From the NCBI GenBank assembly GCA_950097015.1, contig CATNEN010000025.1, positions 4,774,001 through 4,838,000 on the forward strand: DNA of 64,000 nt. Reading direction: 5' to 3'. Below the pieces are notes generated by a model that was given only the letters and a program-made list of their open reading frames with translations, was not told where the DNA came from and made no database searches. The translations under genes were made by a program, and so were the position numbers. Every line of letters starts with the position of its first letter. Within the stretch, counting starts at the first letter, position 1. Source of the stretch: Macrostomum hystrix (Eukaryota; Animalia; Platyhelminthes). This document shows, piece by piece, positions 38,816 through 51,270 of the stretch.

Positions 38816-40844
38816 TTGGCGCGTCTCATCTCTTCATGTGTCTCGTCCCCTTTCTAGAATCCCTCTTCCATTTCTCCTCAGTAATTCCGTTCTCTGCATT
38901 GTCCCTGGGACTCTTTCGTTGGCCTCCGACTGATTTTAATTTTTCGGACCACGGATCTCGTACGCTTGTACAAAGGGAAAAATGTACAAAAACAACATTA
39001 TAAACTTTGATCCTACTAAATATCATTTTGTGTCTGCTAGATTTCGTTTCACTACTAAATACTAACTATATAGAAACACTTTTCTATACTTTGTCTGCAT
39101 GAATCAGATTTGATTCAATTCAATGCCACGTTTCAACTATTTATTCAAGTGTGGCTATAGAGCAAGCATATAATTAGAGAGTATAATACAACAACCTGGC
39201 TGGCTGTGTGCAGACACTCGCGCACAAGATAAAGATCAAAGGGTAGATGCTTAAGTGAAAAAAACTAATAATAAAACTGAATTGAAAAAAGGATCCTTTA
39301 AGTGTGTTGCAGTTCTGCAGTTGCTTCAATGGCAATGGACGCTTGCCGTGGCAGGCTCAGATACTATAAAAGAAATGTCATGGGAACTGAGAAATTGAAT
39401 ATACGAAAGACTCGACAAACACTACTTTGTTTTCTCATTGGCAAGTGCAAAATAACAAATCGGAACAATTAAGATTCTTTCTTTCAGGTGTTTGTTTTGG
39501 ATATTTGAATAAGAGTGCACAAAAACAAAGAGATTTAAATGAAATGAGTTAAAATGACTGGTTAGGGCGTCGGAACCACGACTTAATTTGATGCTTAATT
39601 TTTAATTAGACAATTCATTAAGAAATGACGCGCAGTCCACTAGGGCCGGTGGCACAGTCGCTGTTCAGTCCATGGACTGGGTGCCAGCCACCGCTGATGC
39701 TGGTGCAGATTGTACTAATGCTTGAACTGAATCACGGAATCCACATTATTTAGTTTGGCTGAAATTCGACCCAGCCCTGAGCTCTAATCGTTGGGCTATA
39801 AACCTTGATGAATTCATGAATGTTTGAGCATATAAAAGGCCTGGCATAAACTAAACACTAAAATAAAATAGTTTTTGGAACTAGAGACATAAAATATGAG
39901 CTAGTATCTAGGATAATTGATAAGACGTGACAGACTGGACCGAATCCCGGCTTGGCAAACACAAGAGTTGGCTAGAAGCCAAGCGCACGGGCTCCGGGGG
40001 AAATTTCCTAGGGAGCGCGTTTCTAGTGAGCCGGCCTCTCCCCCTCCGCCGTATCCCAGCAACAAAATGACGGGCCAGAAGGTGGGACAATAGGGTTGGA
40101 ACAGAGGCCCAAGATCCCACCTGATCCACAATCGGAGTGGATCCGAAACTCATTTGGGCCGAGGGGAAATAAAAATTTGAAAATAAAATTTGCGGATGAC
40201 AACAAAAACTTGGCATTGAGTCAGTCAGAGAAGCCTAGACTACTAAAGCTAGCAAATCGGCCCTTAACGGAGACCAGGGAGATCCCACGATTGCCTGAGC
40301 CCAGCGATAACAGATAAACCTCAAAGCCTTAGCTTCCCACGGTGTCCCAGATAGGTAAGAATCTAAGAAAAAAACTTCACGTTTCAACAAGAAATCTAAA
40401 CTGCCAAGCTGCTTGGCCAGAGTGGAGTTGCAAAACAAACAATTAAGGAAAGAGGAGGGGGACGGGAAAGTCGCGTACTGTACTCTAACTCATAAACACT
40501 CGGCCGCAGCATGAAAGCATGGGAGCAAGCGTGGGAAACGGATCCCAGATCCCTGACAAAAATGGGTCTGGCTGCTAGGGGCCACCCACGCGATGCGGGA
40601 AGCGATAGCGGGGTGACATTGGAGTTACATTGCTCTCTTCTTTTTCAAAAGACAAGTCGCATGCCTCAGGTAGGTGAGCTTTTTAAATTGGCACACGCGT
40701 TAACGCCGTGGCACACTTACTTATTCAAGAACATGAAAGCCCCGTAAACTACGATCTACATTATTCTCAAGGTGCTTCATGATGCATAAACACCATAATC
40801 CCTAAAATCAAAGCTTCATAATCCCTAAGATCCCTATTAATTTA

Positions 40845-41440
40845 GCTGCATAATCCATAAACGTCAAAATCCCAAAACGACATTATCCATAAACTTTAAA
40901 ATCCCAATAGCATAACCCATGAACTTTAAAATCCCAAAACGACGTAATCCATAAACCTCAAAATCCCAAAACGACGTAATCCATTAACCTCAAATCCCAA
41001 AACGACGTAATCCATAAACCTCAAAATCCCAAAACGACGTAATCCATTAACCTCAAAATCCCAAAACGACGTAATCCATAAACCTCAAATCCCAAAACGA
41101 CGTAATCCATAAACCTCAAATCCCAAAACGACGTAATCCATAAACCTCAAAATCCCAAAACGACGTAATCCATAAAACTCAAATCCCAAAACGACAAAAT
41201 CCTTAAACCTCAAAATCCCAAAACGACGTAATCCATTAACCTCAAATCCCAAAACGACGTAATCCATAAAACTCAAATCCCAAAACGACAAAATCCTTAA
41301 ACCTCAAAATCCCAAAACGACGTAATCCATTAACCTCAAATCCCAAAACGACGTAATCCATAAACCTCAAAATCCCAAAACGACGTAATCCATAAACCTC
41401 AAAATCCCAAAAACTAAAAAATCCATAAACCTCATCCCAA
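40845..41440. repeat. 31-32-bp minisatellite (AAAATCCCAAAACGACGTAATCCATAAACCTC)n
   Basis: Read directly, about 17 units with a degenerate left edge. Confidence 0.94.
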
Positions 41441-41924
41441 AACAACAGAACTTAAAAATCCCTACGTATAATCATTTAATAGTTTGGATGTACAACTGTG
41501 GGACTGTTTACATCCTGTTAATTATGAAAACTAAACAGACGACCAGTGCACAAGTGCACAACCTTTTTGTTGTTGCTATACAACCCCAAGTTTTCAAGAT
41601 TCCCTTTTATAATATGGGCTTATAACCACAAACACAAAATATTCTAATTTGTTAGCTAATGAGCCTCAATAAACTAATTAGAGAATATATAAGTGGCCCC
41701 AAACAGTTCCGGTCAGGCACACATGTCACAATAATTTTTTGCATTCTGACAAGCGTTGCGTAAGAGACGAATAGGCGAAATAGCCTATTCTTGCATTCAA
41801 GATTAAGGATTATTTAAGGGCAAATATTAAAGAGCATGCAAAAACTCGAACAAATTCACTCACAAAAAAGTTTTTTGTTCCGTTACATTCTCGTATTTTC
41901 GTAGTTCACATATAATCCGCTGAA

Positions 41925-42575
41925 GTTTACCCTCTGACGTTTATCCACTGAAGTTTACCCTCTTAAGTTTACCCACTGAAGTTTACCCTCTCAAGTTTAG
42001 CCACTGAAGTTTACCCTCTCAAGTTTACCCACTGAAGTTACCCTCTCAAGTTTACCCACTAAAGTTTACCTGCTCAAGTTTACCCACTGAAGTTTACCTG
42101 CTGAAGTTTACCCTCTCAAGCTTACCCTCTCAAGTTTACCCACTGAAGCTTACCCTCTCAAGTTTACCCACTGAAGCTTACCCTCTCAAGTTTACCCACT
42201 GAAGCTTACCCTCTCAAGTTTACCCACTGAAGTTACCCTCTCAAGTTTACCCACTAAAGTTTACCTGCTCAAGTTTACCCACTGAAGTTTACCTGCTGAA
42301 GTTTACCCTCTCAAGCTTACCCTCTCGAGTTTACCCTCTGAAGCTTACCTGCTCAAGTTTACCCACTGAAGTTTGCCTGCTCAAGTTTACCCACTGAAGC
42401 TTACCGTCTCAAGTTGCCCACTGAAGTTTACCTGCTCAAGTTTACCCACTGAAGTTTACCTGCTGAAGTTTACCCTCTCAAGCTTACCCTCTCGAGTTTA
42501 CCCTCTGAAGCTTACCGTCTCAAGTTGCCCACTGAAGCTTACCCTCTCAAGTTTACCCACTGAAGTTTACCTGCT
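41925..42575. repeat. 14/28-bp minisatellite (GAAGTTTACCCTCT CAAGTTTACCCACT)n
   Basis: Alternating related 14-mers. Confidence 0.94.
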
Positions 42576-42809
42576 GTCGTTTATCTTCTGATCCTGAATT
42601 TCATTCACTGTAGCTTTAAGTCACCTGAACGTTTGTATGTCAAAAATATCGTATTCTCATTCGCACTATTTTAAGCCTATTTGTAGCACTTAAAAAACAA
42701 GGTGCATTTTATCCTACTGACGGGGGTTAAACTGAGTAGCAATGTCATTTTGCGATTTTTTTGTCGCAAAAACGATATAAAGGGAGATGCTGTTTTATTT
42801 GTACATAAA

Positions 42810-43480
42810 ACAATCATATCATCAGAATATTGAAGTTTCAAGTTTACGATGCAAAAATTACAAAGACTTGTTCTTATTAACAGTAGAACTACCACGGGGA
42901 AAATCCCCCCTGACAATTTTTTTTGCTGCACCCGAACGGAACAATGCAAGCACACGAAACTCAAGAACACGGGCCAAATTTTTGTTGCGCATCTTCTGAA
43001 ACAAGAAACAAGTCGCCAGATCTTCAGACCGTCGAGATATTCAATGTTTCTAGATAAAGGTAGGTGACCGCCGAAGTCGGAGATGATGCAGGCACATTCG
43101 GGTGACATGCTGATAAAGTTTGAAGGTCTGAAAAGGCCGCACTGAGCCGCAGTGCAAATTCGTGTATAGGGGTGTATGAAATACACTAGCTCTTATGGGA
43201 AAAATCGGACCTTCGGCCAGAAACATTGAATATCTCGACGGTCTGAAGAGCTGGCGACTTGTTTCTTGTTTCAGAAGATGCGCAACAAAAAGTTGGTCTG
43301 CGTTCTTGAGTTTCGTTTGCTTGCTTTGTTCCGTTCGGGTGCAGCAAAAAAAATTGTCAGGGGGGGGGGAAATCCCCCCTTGGTATAAAAACGGGCGGCA
43401 AAATGACTTGGTCCTACCAAAGTCCTACTGCTAATAAGGTCAAAAAATTGGCTTGCATTTTCCTGACGTGAAAACCTGAA
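42810..43480. mobile_element. Foldback/MITE-like element with long inverted arms
   Basis: 42891-43051 is the near-exact reverse complement of 43219-43385 (167-bp spacer); weaker inverted similarity extends to about 42810 and 43480; no TSD identified. Confidence 0.8.
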
Positions 43481-43564
43481 GTGTTCTAGGTAGTTTATTT
43501 GACTAATTGTTAAAAACTTTTAGATTTATTGTTTCCAATGTTTTAGAAAAAGACACTTAACACT

Positions 43565-43686
43565 GCAAATTGCTTCAGTTCACCCGGCTGTTAGATGGGC
43601 ATCAGCTGGCGCAACTGAGGCTGGGTGTGGCGTCCCCCCAGTACATGGACTGAACAGCGGTATGCAGCCTTCAGATGCGCCGCGCA

Positions 43687-43719
<33 letters not shown>

Positions 43720-43725
43720 GCTATT
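43565..43725 (+). mobile_element. 5'-truncated SINE family A ending in (ATT)n
   Basis: TTGCTTCAGTTCACCC.GCTGTTA.ATGGG...GGTGTGGCGTCCCCCCAGT...CTGAACAGC...CAGCCTTCAGATGCGCCGCGCA is collinear with the reverse complement of 14079-14200. Confidence 0.85.
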
Positions 43726-44242
43726 ATTAAAGTCAATAAAATATTAAGACAAGGAAACGAAATTCCATTAATAAATTGCAGCAGTAACTGTAAGTCTATT
43801 TACAACATCCTTTTTTCAGGAAGCATTGACTAGAATTGACTAAATTAACTAGAAGTTAAGTTATTAACAGCATTGCATGTACATGGATCAACATTTTCCG
43901 CCCTTTACGATCAACAAACTTTCAAAGCCGTTCGACGTCAGCAGGTTCAATTATATAATACTAAACAGCCGACATGGTTACATGATGAACTTTTCTGAGC
44001 AGAAAAATTATGCCTATATAGCTGGTTTTTGCCACCAGACACCTCGACGGCAATCGTTGAATATTTCGACTTTGCCGATGTTTTCTGATTCTGAGAGTTG
44101 ATTCATCGATTAGAGTGGAAAATTTTAGTCCTTGTTCGAAATTTGCATGGCGATTGGTTTTGAATATGTTGGGAGACAACGAAAATAAGAAAATTGTGAG
44201 CATTTGAAAACACTGTTGTCTTTCCACTGTTGGTGCCGCAGC

Positions 44243-44768
44243 TCAGCCGGCTCGCAGCTCGGCATTGTCTTCATAGTCTCCGGCCATATAGGCCGCATCG
44301 GGATGGCTGAATCGCAGTGTGACAACAAACAGCAGGTAGGGCAGGGGCACAGCCGCAGTTACCCATTGGGCGCCGCTGATTTCATCGGCCGGCTTAGCCG
44401 CAATGACAGAGAAGACAGCCACAGCCAGGAACAGCCAGTGCACAGCCAGCAGTAGGACAGTCAGCGGCTTCAGCAGGGTATTGCGCAGGATCCATTTAGC
44501 TGAGGTCTGAGCAGTGGACTGCTCTGGGTCGATCTGGCACAGCAGGAAGATGGCGTGCGACAGTAGAGTGCAGAACAGCAGCAGATAGGGGAAGGCGAAG
44601 TACAATAGGCCGCCGGCGATGGCGTGCAGCAGCGCCAGCAGAGGGTACAGGAACATTGGGGCGTAGAGTACGAAACGGCGCGTGCCGCCCAGCAGGCGAT
44701 AGGCAATCGGGCGCATCAGCAGCAGGAATAGCACGCAGAAGGCGTAGTAGGAGAGCACGATTGAGTAG
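44243..44768 (-). CDS. JKAMP: JNK1/MAPK8-associated membrane protein, coding exon 2
   Basis: Acceptor TTTTTTCCAG|C; YSIVLSYYAFC..LLMRP...GGLLYFAFPY...HWL...VPLPYLLF..T.RFSHP matches the JKAMP C-terminal multi-TM region as I recall it; the spliced product is 324 aa. Confidence 0.93.
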
Positions 44769-44890
44769 CTGGAAAAAATTATTGTGTTGATATACAGACT
44801 GATAATAGAATAGTTGCATAGTTGGCCCAGACGTACAGCAGCCAGTGCCATTGTGCTACCAGTGCTACAGCAGCGCTTGCGTATGAGTAA

Positions 44891-45245
44891 GGGATCAGTG
44901 GCTGAGCGGTCTGACGCGTTTGCCTCTCGCACCAGGGTCCCTGAGCTCGATTCCGAGGCCACATTCATTTGGGGCGCAGCGGCGGAGAGAAGGCTAGGGG
45001 GCTTGTTGTACAATTTACACACTTGAGGGCCAACCTCCAAGGCACAGTGAGAGTGTACACTGCCTGACGATGAGAAAGTCAGGGCAGATGTACACCTGTG
45101 TGAGTGTGTGCCTGCGTACTGTATCTGAGTGCGTGTGTGCTCAGGAGTCAGCGAAATGGGCAGAATTGCCTCCTCGCTGGCTGCAGGTCTAGTGTCACCA
45201 AATGATGTGCCATTGCCCGCAGCCCTCCTATAATTATTATTACTA
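44891..45245 (+). mobile_element. tRNA-derived SINE, family B, full length, in the JKAMP intron
   Basis: A-box TGGCTGAGCGG, degenerate B-box GCTCGATTCC, body shared with 13679-13975 plus a roughly 70-nt extra segment, ATT-type tail. Confidence 0.88.
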
Positions 45246-45299
45246 TGAGTCGACAGTCGTTAGAGAAGCGTTTGAGTCATCATCGAGACATTTGAGACG

Positions 45300-45792
45300 T
45301 CAAAGAGGTGTTTAAGTAGTCAGAGAGGTTTTTGAGTAGTCAGAGAGGTTTTTGAGTAGTCAGAGAGGTGTTTGAGTAGTCAGAGAGGTTTTTGAGTAGT
45401 CAGAGAGGTTTTTGAGTCGTCAGAGAGGTGTTTGAGTAGTCAGAGAGGTGTTTGAGTAGTCAGAGAGGTGTTTGAGTCGTCAGAGAAGTGTTTGAGTAGT
45501 CAGAGAAGTGTTTGAGTAGTCAGAGAGGTGTTTGAGTAGTCAGAGAGGTGTTTGAGTAGTCAGAGAGGTGTTTGAGTCGTCAGAGAAGTGTTTGAGTAGT
45601 CAGAGAGGTGTTTGACTCGTCAGAGAGGTTTTTGAGTAGTCAGAGAGGTGTTTGAGTCGTCAAAGAGGTGTTTGAGTAGTCAGAGAAGTGTTTGAGTAGT
45701 CAGAGAGGTGTTTGAGTAGTCAGAGAGGTGTTTGAGTAGTCAGAGAGGTGTTTGAGTAGTCAGAGAAGTGTTTGAGTAGTCAGAGAGGTGTC
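45300..45792. repeat. 20-bp minisatellite (GTTTGAGTAGTCAGAGAGGT)n in the JKAMP intron
   Basis: About 24 units. Confidence 0.96.
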
Positions 45793-45823
45793 TAAGCCTA
45801 GCAGAATCAGCAGCTTCACTCAC

Positions 45824-46272
45824 AGCGGATAGACAACTTCGTGAGCACACGAGACAGTTTCAAATGGCGGCTTGCCAACAGCGGCCTGGTCGGGGTTGAA
45901 GAACACCGGATACCAATCTGACAGATTGTTGACTCCGCAGACGGACAGGCTGGGCGAGCCAAGCGGCGGGAACACCAGAACGGAAGCCACGGCAGCGAGC
46001 GCGGATTCCAAAGCGCAGACGCCAGCTAACAGTAGCAGGCGTTTGTGACCCCGCGATCGGCTTAGAAAGATCATATTGCACAGTATCGGGATTAGCGCCA
46101 TAAAGCCCAGGTAGAGCCACATGTAGGCCGTCGCCGGCTGGTCGCAGGGCCGACAAACACCACGATCGGATCGTTGGCCAGCTGGGCAGGGGCCACAGTC
46201 CGACCAGGCGTCGCTAGTGTTTAGGCGCGCACAGTAGTAGCCACGACATGGCTGCTGAACACTTAGCAACAT
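45824..46272 (-). CDS. JKAMP: JNK1/MAPK8-associated membrane protein, coding exon 1
   Basis: C.G.YC...CG.CP.GQR...C.PC...WLYLGFMA..P...LSDWY..F.NP...CAHEVVYPL, the characteristic JKAMP N-terminus; ATG at 46272; phase-2 donor CT|GTGAGT matching the acceptor at 44769. Confidence 0.94.
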
Positions 46273-48266
46273 GGTAGACAAGATTGGTGATTACTTGTAC
46301 TCTTGTGCGTTTATATTCACTGTAGAATTTAGTCTGTAACTATATAGAGTTGCATTGTGAAAATGGAGCTAAGAATTCTACACAAATGCGACTCTTCAAT
46401 AAACAAAAAACTAGCTATGACATATATTGGAAAGAAAAATAATCAAAAAAGTTAGTTCTACTATTAGTTAGTTAGTTATACATACAATTGCAACTCTACA
46501 CTGTACATAAAAACAGTATATCATAAAGATCACTTCTTGACCTTAACTCTGAATATATTTTTGCTTGCTAGGCAATATCACTTAGAATTTGTTATGTACC
46601 CTATTGGAATAAGCTGACGAATTGCGTCCACCTGTCTGTCATATTTTCAGACTTTTTTGGTGTTGAATTGCGTTGCAGGGCATTGCCAGGGCATTGCGCC
46701 ATGTTTTAGGTTTCTTTTTTACTAAGTGTAGTTAGTTGGCTATGTTATTATAGCCTTTTGCGTCGCATTGAGCTTTGGAGCCACATTTTTACACCCATGT
46801 CGCACGTCTGCAGGTTTTTGACATTTATTCCAATAGGGGATATGTATCAGGACTAAATTTGGCCCCCCAATAATACTAGAAAATGTTCTGTCAAAGCTTC
46901 CTTTCATTTATTCCTTTCAATTCATACATCCTAGGCCTAATACTATAGTCTATAATATTATTACTATATGATACAACTGATGTTGGAGATTACAACATAT
47001 GATATGAGTAATGACTGATAAACAATGCTACAACTATAGCATACAACTATACAACTAAACAACTACAAGTATTAATAACATGCTTAGGCCTATCTAAAAA
47101 ATAGCAGATTTATGGTAAAAGTGTAAAAAATCAAATTATTGATTAAAATTGATGACAGTTACTATTTTTGTGTTTTATTATTGCCCAATTTATTTATTTA
47201 CTGAATGGTCAGTGAGTAATGATTGTTACCACCATGGCCATTACCATTTTGGTACCGCTACAAAGCATACGATACATACATAGTTCCCAAATTAAAATGT
47301 CATCCACATCCACAACAAAAAAATGAACTGAAATGTTATCAATTTCTAGGCCAGTATACAACAGAGAGCATAAAGTATAGAAAAAGACGTATACATAGTT
47401 TTAATCATAGTATTACAATCATTAGCTATTTCAGGTAAAAGTAAGAACTTAAGGTTAAGGAAACTGTTTGTGGATATTTTAATTACTAGGCCTAACTTTA
47501 TAAAATCTTATAGTCATCAGTCTGGCTCCTAAGAAATGCAGTTAACTCTACATATTTCAGCTCTAAACAACGAATATGAATTACAATAAATATTCAACAA
47601 GCTGAAATCGCAGCCTTTTCTAATAAATTACCAATTGAATTCAATTTAAAAGTGCGCTCTAATAAAAATCATATCTAGCTCTTTGAAAGCAACTATCGCA
47701 TGCCATTACCAGCTCTTTGTAAAACTAGAAACCAATTAGTAATCAAAGTGCACACTTCTTCACAGAGGCTGTAAAGAAAATACGCACTTGTTTAAAGAGT
47801 CAAAAATGTAAAATTTAAAAAAGTTTAAAATGTTTTATTTTTACCATCGTTTCGTCGAAAACAATACAAATTGTGCTTCGTAAAAGGGCTACACCTCGAT
47901 CATCAAATAAATAAGAAAAGAAGGGTATATATTACTTTTAAAAATGTTGTACTGTAGATCGTGCCGCTTTATATATATATATATATATATATAAATAATT
48001 ATACTTCATTTGACCGTGCATGGCTATCGGTTGACTTTATGTCATGATGCCTTTATAACTTAAGTTTTATGGATTTGGTTGTGGTGTTGTAATTGAAAAC
48101 AGAGGCATCAATTTTCTCTTAACTTTTTATTTTTACTAGATAAATGAACGATAGGAAGCATGACAGAGCTTGAGTCAAAGACCAAGTATAATAGCTGTCA
48201 GAACTATCTATAGGCTCATTATATAGCAAATCTATTATCTATATATATAAAAGTGAAAACTCTGTC

Positions 48267-48301
<35 letters not shown>

Positions 48302-48899
48302 AACCTTTTGTCTTTATAGACGCCGAAACCGCTCAACCAAATCGCACCAAACTTTGCACATACCTAAAACCACCTACGCTGAGTGCAATAGGCTACTCAA
48401 ATTCCCGAAAAATCATTTCCTTCCTGCCCAAAAGTGCAAAAAACTGCTCAAAAATCGTCAAAAAATCACTCAATTCGACATATCGTCGCTCCACTTTGTC
48501 AGATTTTCTCCAAATTTGATCCACTTACACTTTACATGTTTTCCAACAATGCTGTCAATTTTGAACATCTCTACTCAATCCAGAGCAAAGCTGCATCATC
48601 TCAAAGTGAGTCACTTTTTGTTTTCCAAGGACAGCCACCCCAACTCCCCTCCGCCACTCTGCGGGCCAAATTTTATTACAGCCACCCCCTCCCTTCCCCG
48701 GGCGCCGAAGCCCCAGACTGTACATTGTATTTCAAGCTGTGAATGTACACAGCACAAACCCCTAGACTGTCTACTGGCCCCCAAGCAGCAATGAGACTGA
48801 GTGCGGTGAGTGCGGTGGCGTCCCAGTGCGCAGGGCTCTCCGGTCGATATTTCTCTCCAGCCAGCCTGGGATAGAGGGAAGAAAGAGAGAGGCTGGCGA

Positions 48900-49780
48900 T
48901 CAACTGATGGGTGGTGTCACTCTGCTGCTGTCTGGAGACTTTAGACAGACGCTGCCTGTGATTCCGCGTGGCACTCCTGCTGATGAGATTAATGCTTGCC
49001 TAAAATCATCTCACCTGTGGCCATCGGTTGTGAAGTTGCACCTACGAACAAAACATGAGAGCTACAATTCAAGGAGACGAAACAGCTCATGAGTTCTCTG
49101 CCAATCTATTGCGAATCGGCAATGGTCTGCTGGAGATTAGCACCGAGGATGGGCAGTAATCGATCGCTACAATCGGAACCATTGTGCAGTCAGTGCAGGA
49201 GCTCAAGGCAAAAGTTTACCCGAACCTGATGGTTCGATATGCTGACGTTGACTGGCTGTCAGAGAGGGCAATTCTGTGTCCTAGAAATGATGCCGCCAAC
49301 GAAATTAACTACCAACTGCCTCAGGAGTTGCCAGGTGCAGTTTTCACCTACAAGTCAATTGATACAACGTTGACTGATGACACCGCTGTGGAGTATCCTG
49401 TTGAGTTTCTGAACTCTCTAGATCCTCCTGGAACTCCATCGCACAACTTGCAGCTGAAAGTTGGGGCACCAATTATGCTCCTCCGCAACCTGAATGCGCC
49501 AAGGCTGTGTAACGGCACCAGATTGATAGTCAGGCGGCTCTTCCCACACGTGATTGAGGCCACGATAATGACTGGATCTGGCAGAGGAGAGTCTGTGTTC
49601 GTTCCCCGGATTCCAATTATCCCCACGGACCTGCCATTTCAGTTCAAGCGACTGCAGTTCCCTGTGAGACATGGGCAGCTTTATGTCGCCTGCTCCCGTG
49701 TTGGAACTCCAGCTGGCCTATTCATTTTTGCACCAAGGGGAAGAACGAAGAATGTGCTGTATCCCCAGGCCTTGAGGTGA
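48900..49780 (+). pseudogene. Disrupted PIF1-family helicase C-terminal half (Helitron RepHel remnant)
   Basis: GGVTLLLSGDFRQTLPVIP, RAILCPRND, LKVGAPIMLLRNL...LCNGTRL, RIP..P...FKRLQFPV, HGQLYVACSRV. Frameshifts near 49056-49160; motif V is deleted; no Walker A/B or Rep domain. Confidence 0.92.
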
Positions 49781-49935
49781 CTCGCAAGCAATTAATAGAA
49801 AAGTAGTCACGAATTGACCTTGACCTGTCTAACTCTGAACTCTGAAACAGTTTAATTTTGTTTCTTTGACATTGTTATTGTTATGCCATGGCTATTTTCC
49901 TTATGTATACGCGTGTACATGCAGCATACTGTATA

Positions 49936-50208
49936 CAGAGGCAGATTTAGGGGGGGGCAGGGGGGCAGTTGCCCCCCTAAATTTTAATCATGGGAATAAG
50001 ATGCCCCCACCAGGGGCGCCAGTCGCAGCACTGGCGCCCCTTTTCGGCCGCTGGCGCCCCTTTTTCAGCCACTGGCTCCCGTTTTTCAGCCGCTGGCGCC
50101 CTTTCTTGGCTCCTAGCGCCCTTTTTCGGCCGCTGGCACCCCCTCTGTGATTCTCATGGCGCTCCCCTGACAGACCGCCCCAAAACAAAATTCCTGGATC
50201 TGCCATTG
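49936..50208. mobile_element. hAT-type MITE (273 bp) nested in the Helitron 3' region
   Basis: 8-bp TSD ACTGTATA at 49928-49935 and 50209-50216; imperfect 16-bp TIR CAGAGGCAGATTTAGG / CAATGGCAGATCCAGG (12 of 16); internal roughly 21-bp repeats. Confidence 0.88.
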
Positions 50209-50814
50209 ACTGTATAGAGGAGTGGCTAAGAGACATGTTTCTAAAGAAGTAATCAAGAGGGTGCTGTTTGGATAAACTTTTCACTTATTTTTTACTTAAA
50301 ACGCCCTTAAACAAACTCTTCACTTTTCATTAATGCAGTAAATAAATAAATGGTGACCTTCACTATAAAGTTAATACAGAGACGTGAATTGCTTACTGCT
50401 TTGCTTTAAATTTCTGCCCCAAAAACAACGGGCAAAAAAAGCTAGTTTTTAATAAATTAGTAGTGTAAGTGCTTCGGCTGATGCGCGGGAGCAGGACGTA
50501 AAACACATGTTGTTTTTGCCCAAACTTAGTATTAAAAATAGGCTCATCATAACAATGATGACACCAGGATAGAAATTAATCTTATCATGTAAAAAAGCAT
50601 TGATGGGGTTAACAGGGCACTGAAATAAAAGTATGTACCTCAAAACTTAAGGCTCAGATAGTCTGAATGATGTAGATTGCATGCCTAAATAACTTGGTGT
50701 GGTAGGCTAAATGTTAACCAAATTGTTAAAAACATGTTTGAGTTATAATTAATTTTTCATAAATACAGTTTACTATAGCTTTGTGCATTCATTTTATTAC
50801 AATTTAATTGCACA

Positions 50815-51270
50815 TACGAGGGTGTTTCAAGAGTAATGAGAATTTAGTCATAACTTTTTAATGGATAAACTTTTTAACTTGAAATTTTTACCCTGAAATT
50901 TTGCATATATGGACAGCACAATAGCTTCAGTTGCAACTATATTGGTCTAAATGCACCAGTGAAATCTCACATTGAAGTCCAGACATCGAGATAAAAAAAT
51001 TGTTAGAATTGAAACTAGCAACCAAGATCCCCTTTGGGGGAAGAAAATCACATTTTAAAGTCCTAAGAAAAAAGATTGTTAAAAAGTACCATGTATACAT
51101 ATCATTATATATGTATAGATGACTTCAAGTTTAAATTTTAACAGAAAGAAAAGAAACTACAAGGGGTGTTTCAAATGTAACAAGAATTTAGTCATAACTT
51201 TTTAATGGATAAACTTTTTAAATTGAAATTTTTACCCTGCAATTTTGCATATATGGACAGCACACAACTT
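50815..51270 (+). mobile_element. Two direct copies of a Tc1/mariner-like left end
   Basis: TA|CGAGGGTGTTTCAA at 50815 and TA|CAAGGGGTGTTTCAA at 51158, each followed by the same roughly 100 bp; no inverted partner seen. Confidence 0.55.

Larger units (their letters stand above)
48231..50445 (+). mobile_element. Internally deleted (non-autonomous) Helitron
   Basis: 5' A|TCTATTATCTATATATATAAAAG followed by a (TCTG)/(TG)n tract; PIF1-helicase remnant; candidate 3' end with a short TGCCC/GGGCA hairpin then CTAG|T at 50442-50446. The 3' end is less certain than the rest. Confidence 0.8.

Noticed and set aside
39640-39705. Short match (CAGTCCATGGACTGAACAGCG) to the SINE family A body
   Set aside because: Only about 25 nt align; too short to call a copy confidently.
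39900-40750. GC-richer stretch with short ORFs, possible decayed retroelement
   Set aside because: No recognisable gag, RT, RNase H or endonuclease motif; left unassigned.
44769-45040. N-terminal extension of the 44243-45040 ORF as JKAMP coding sequence
   Set aside because: Homology starts at the acceptor at 44769; the upstream part is intron plus antisense SINE.
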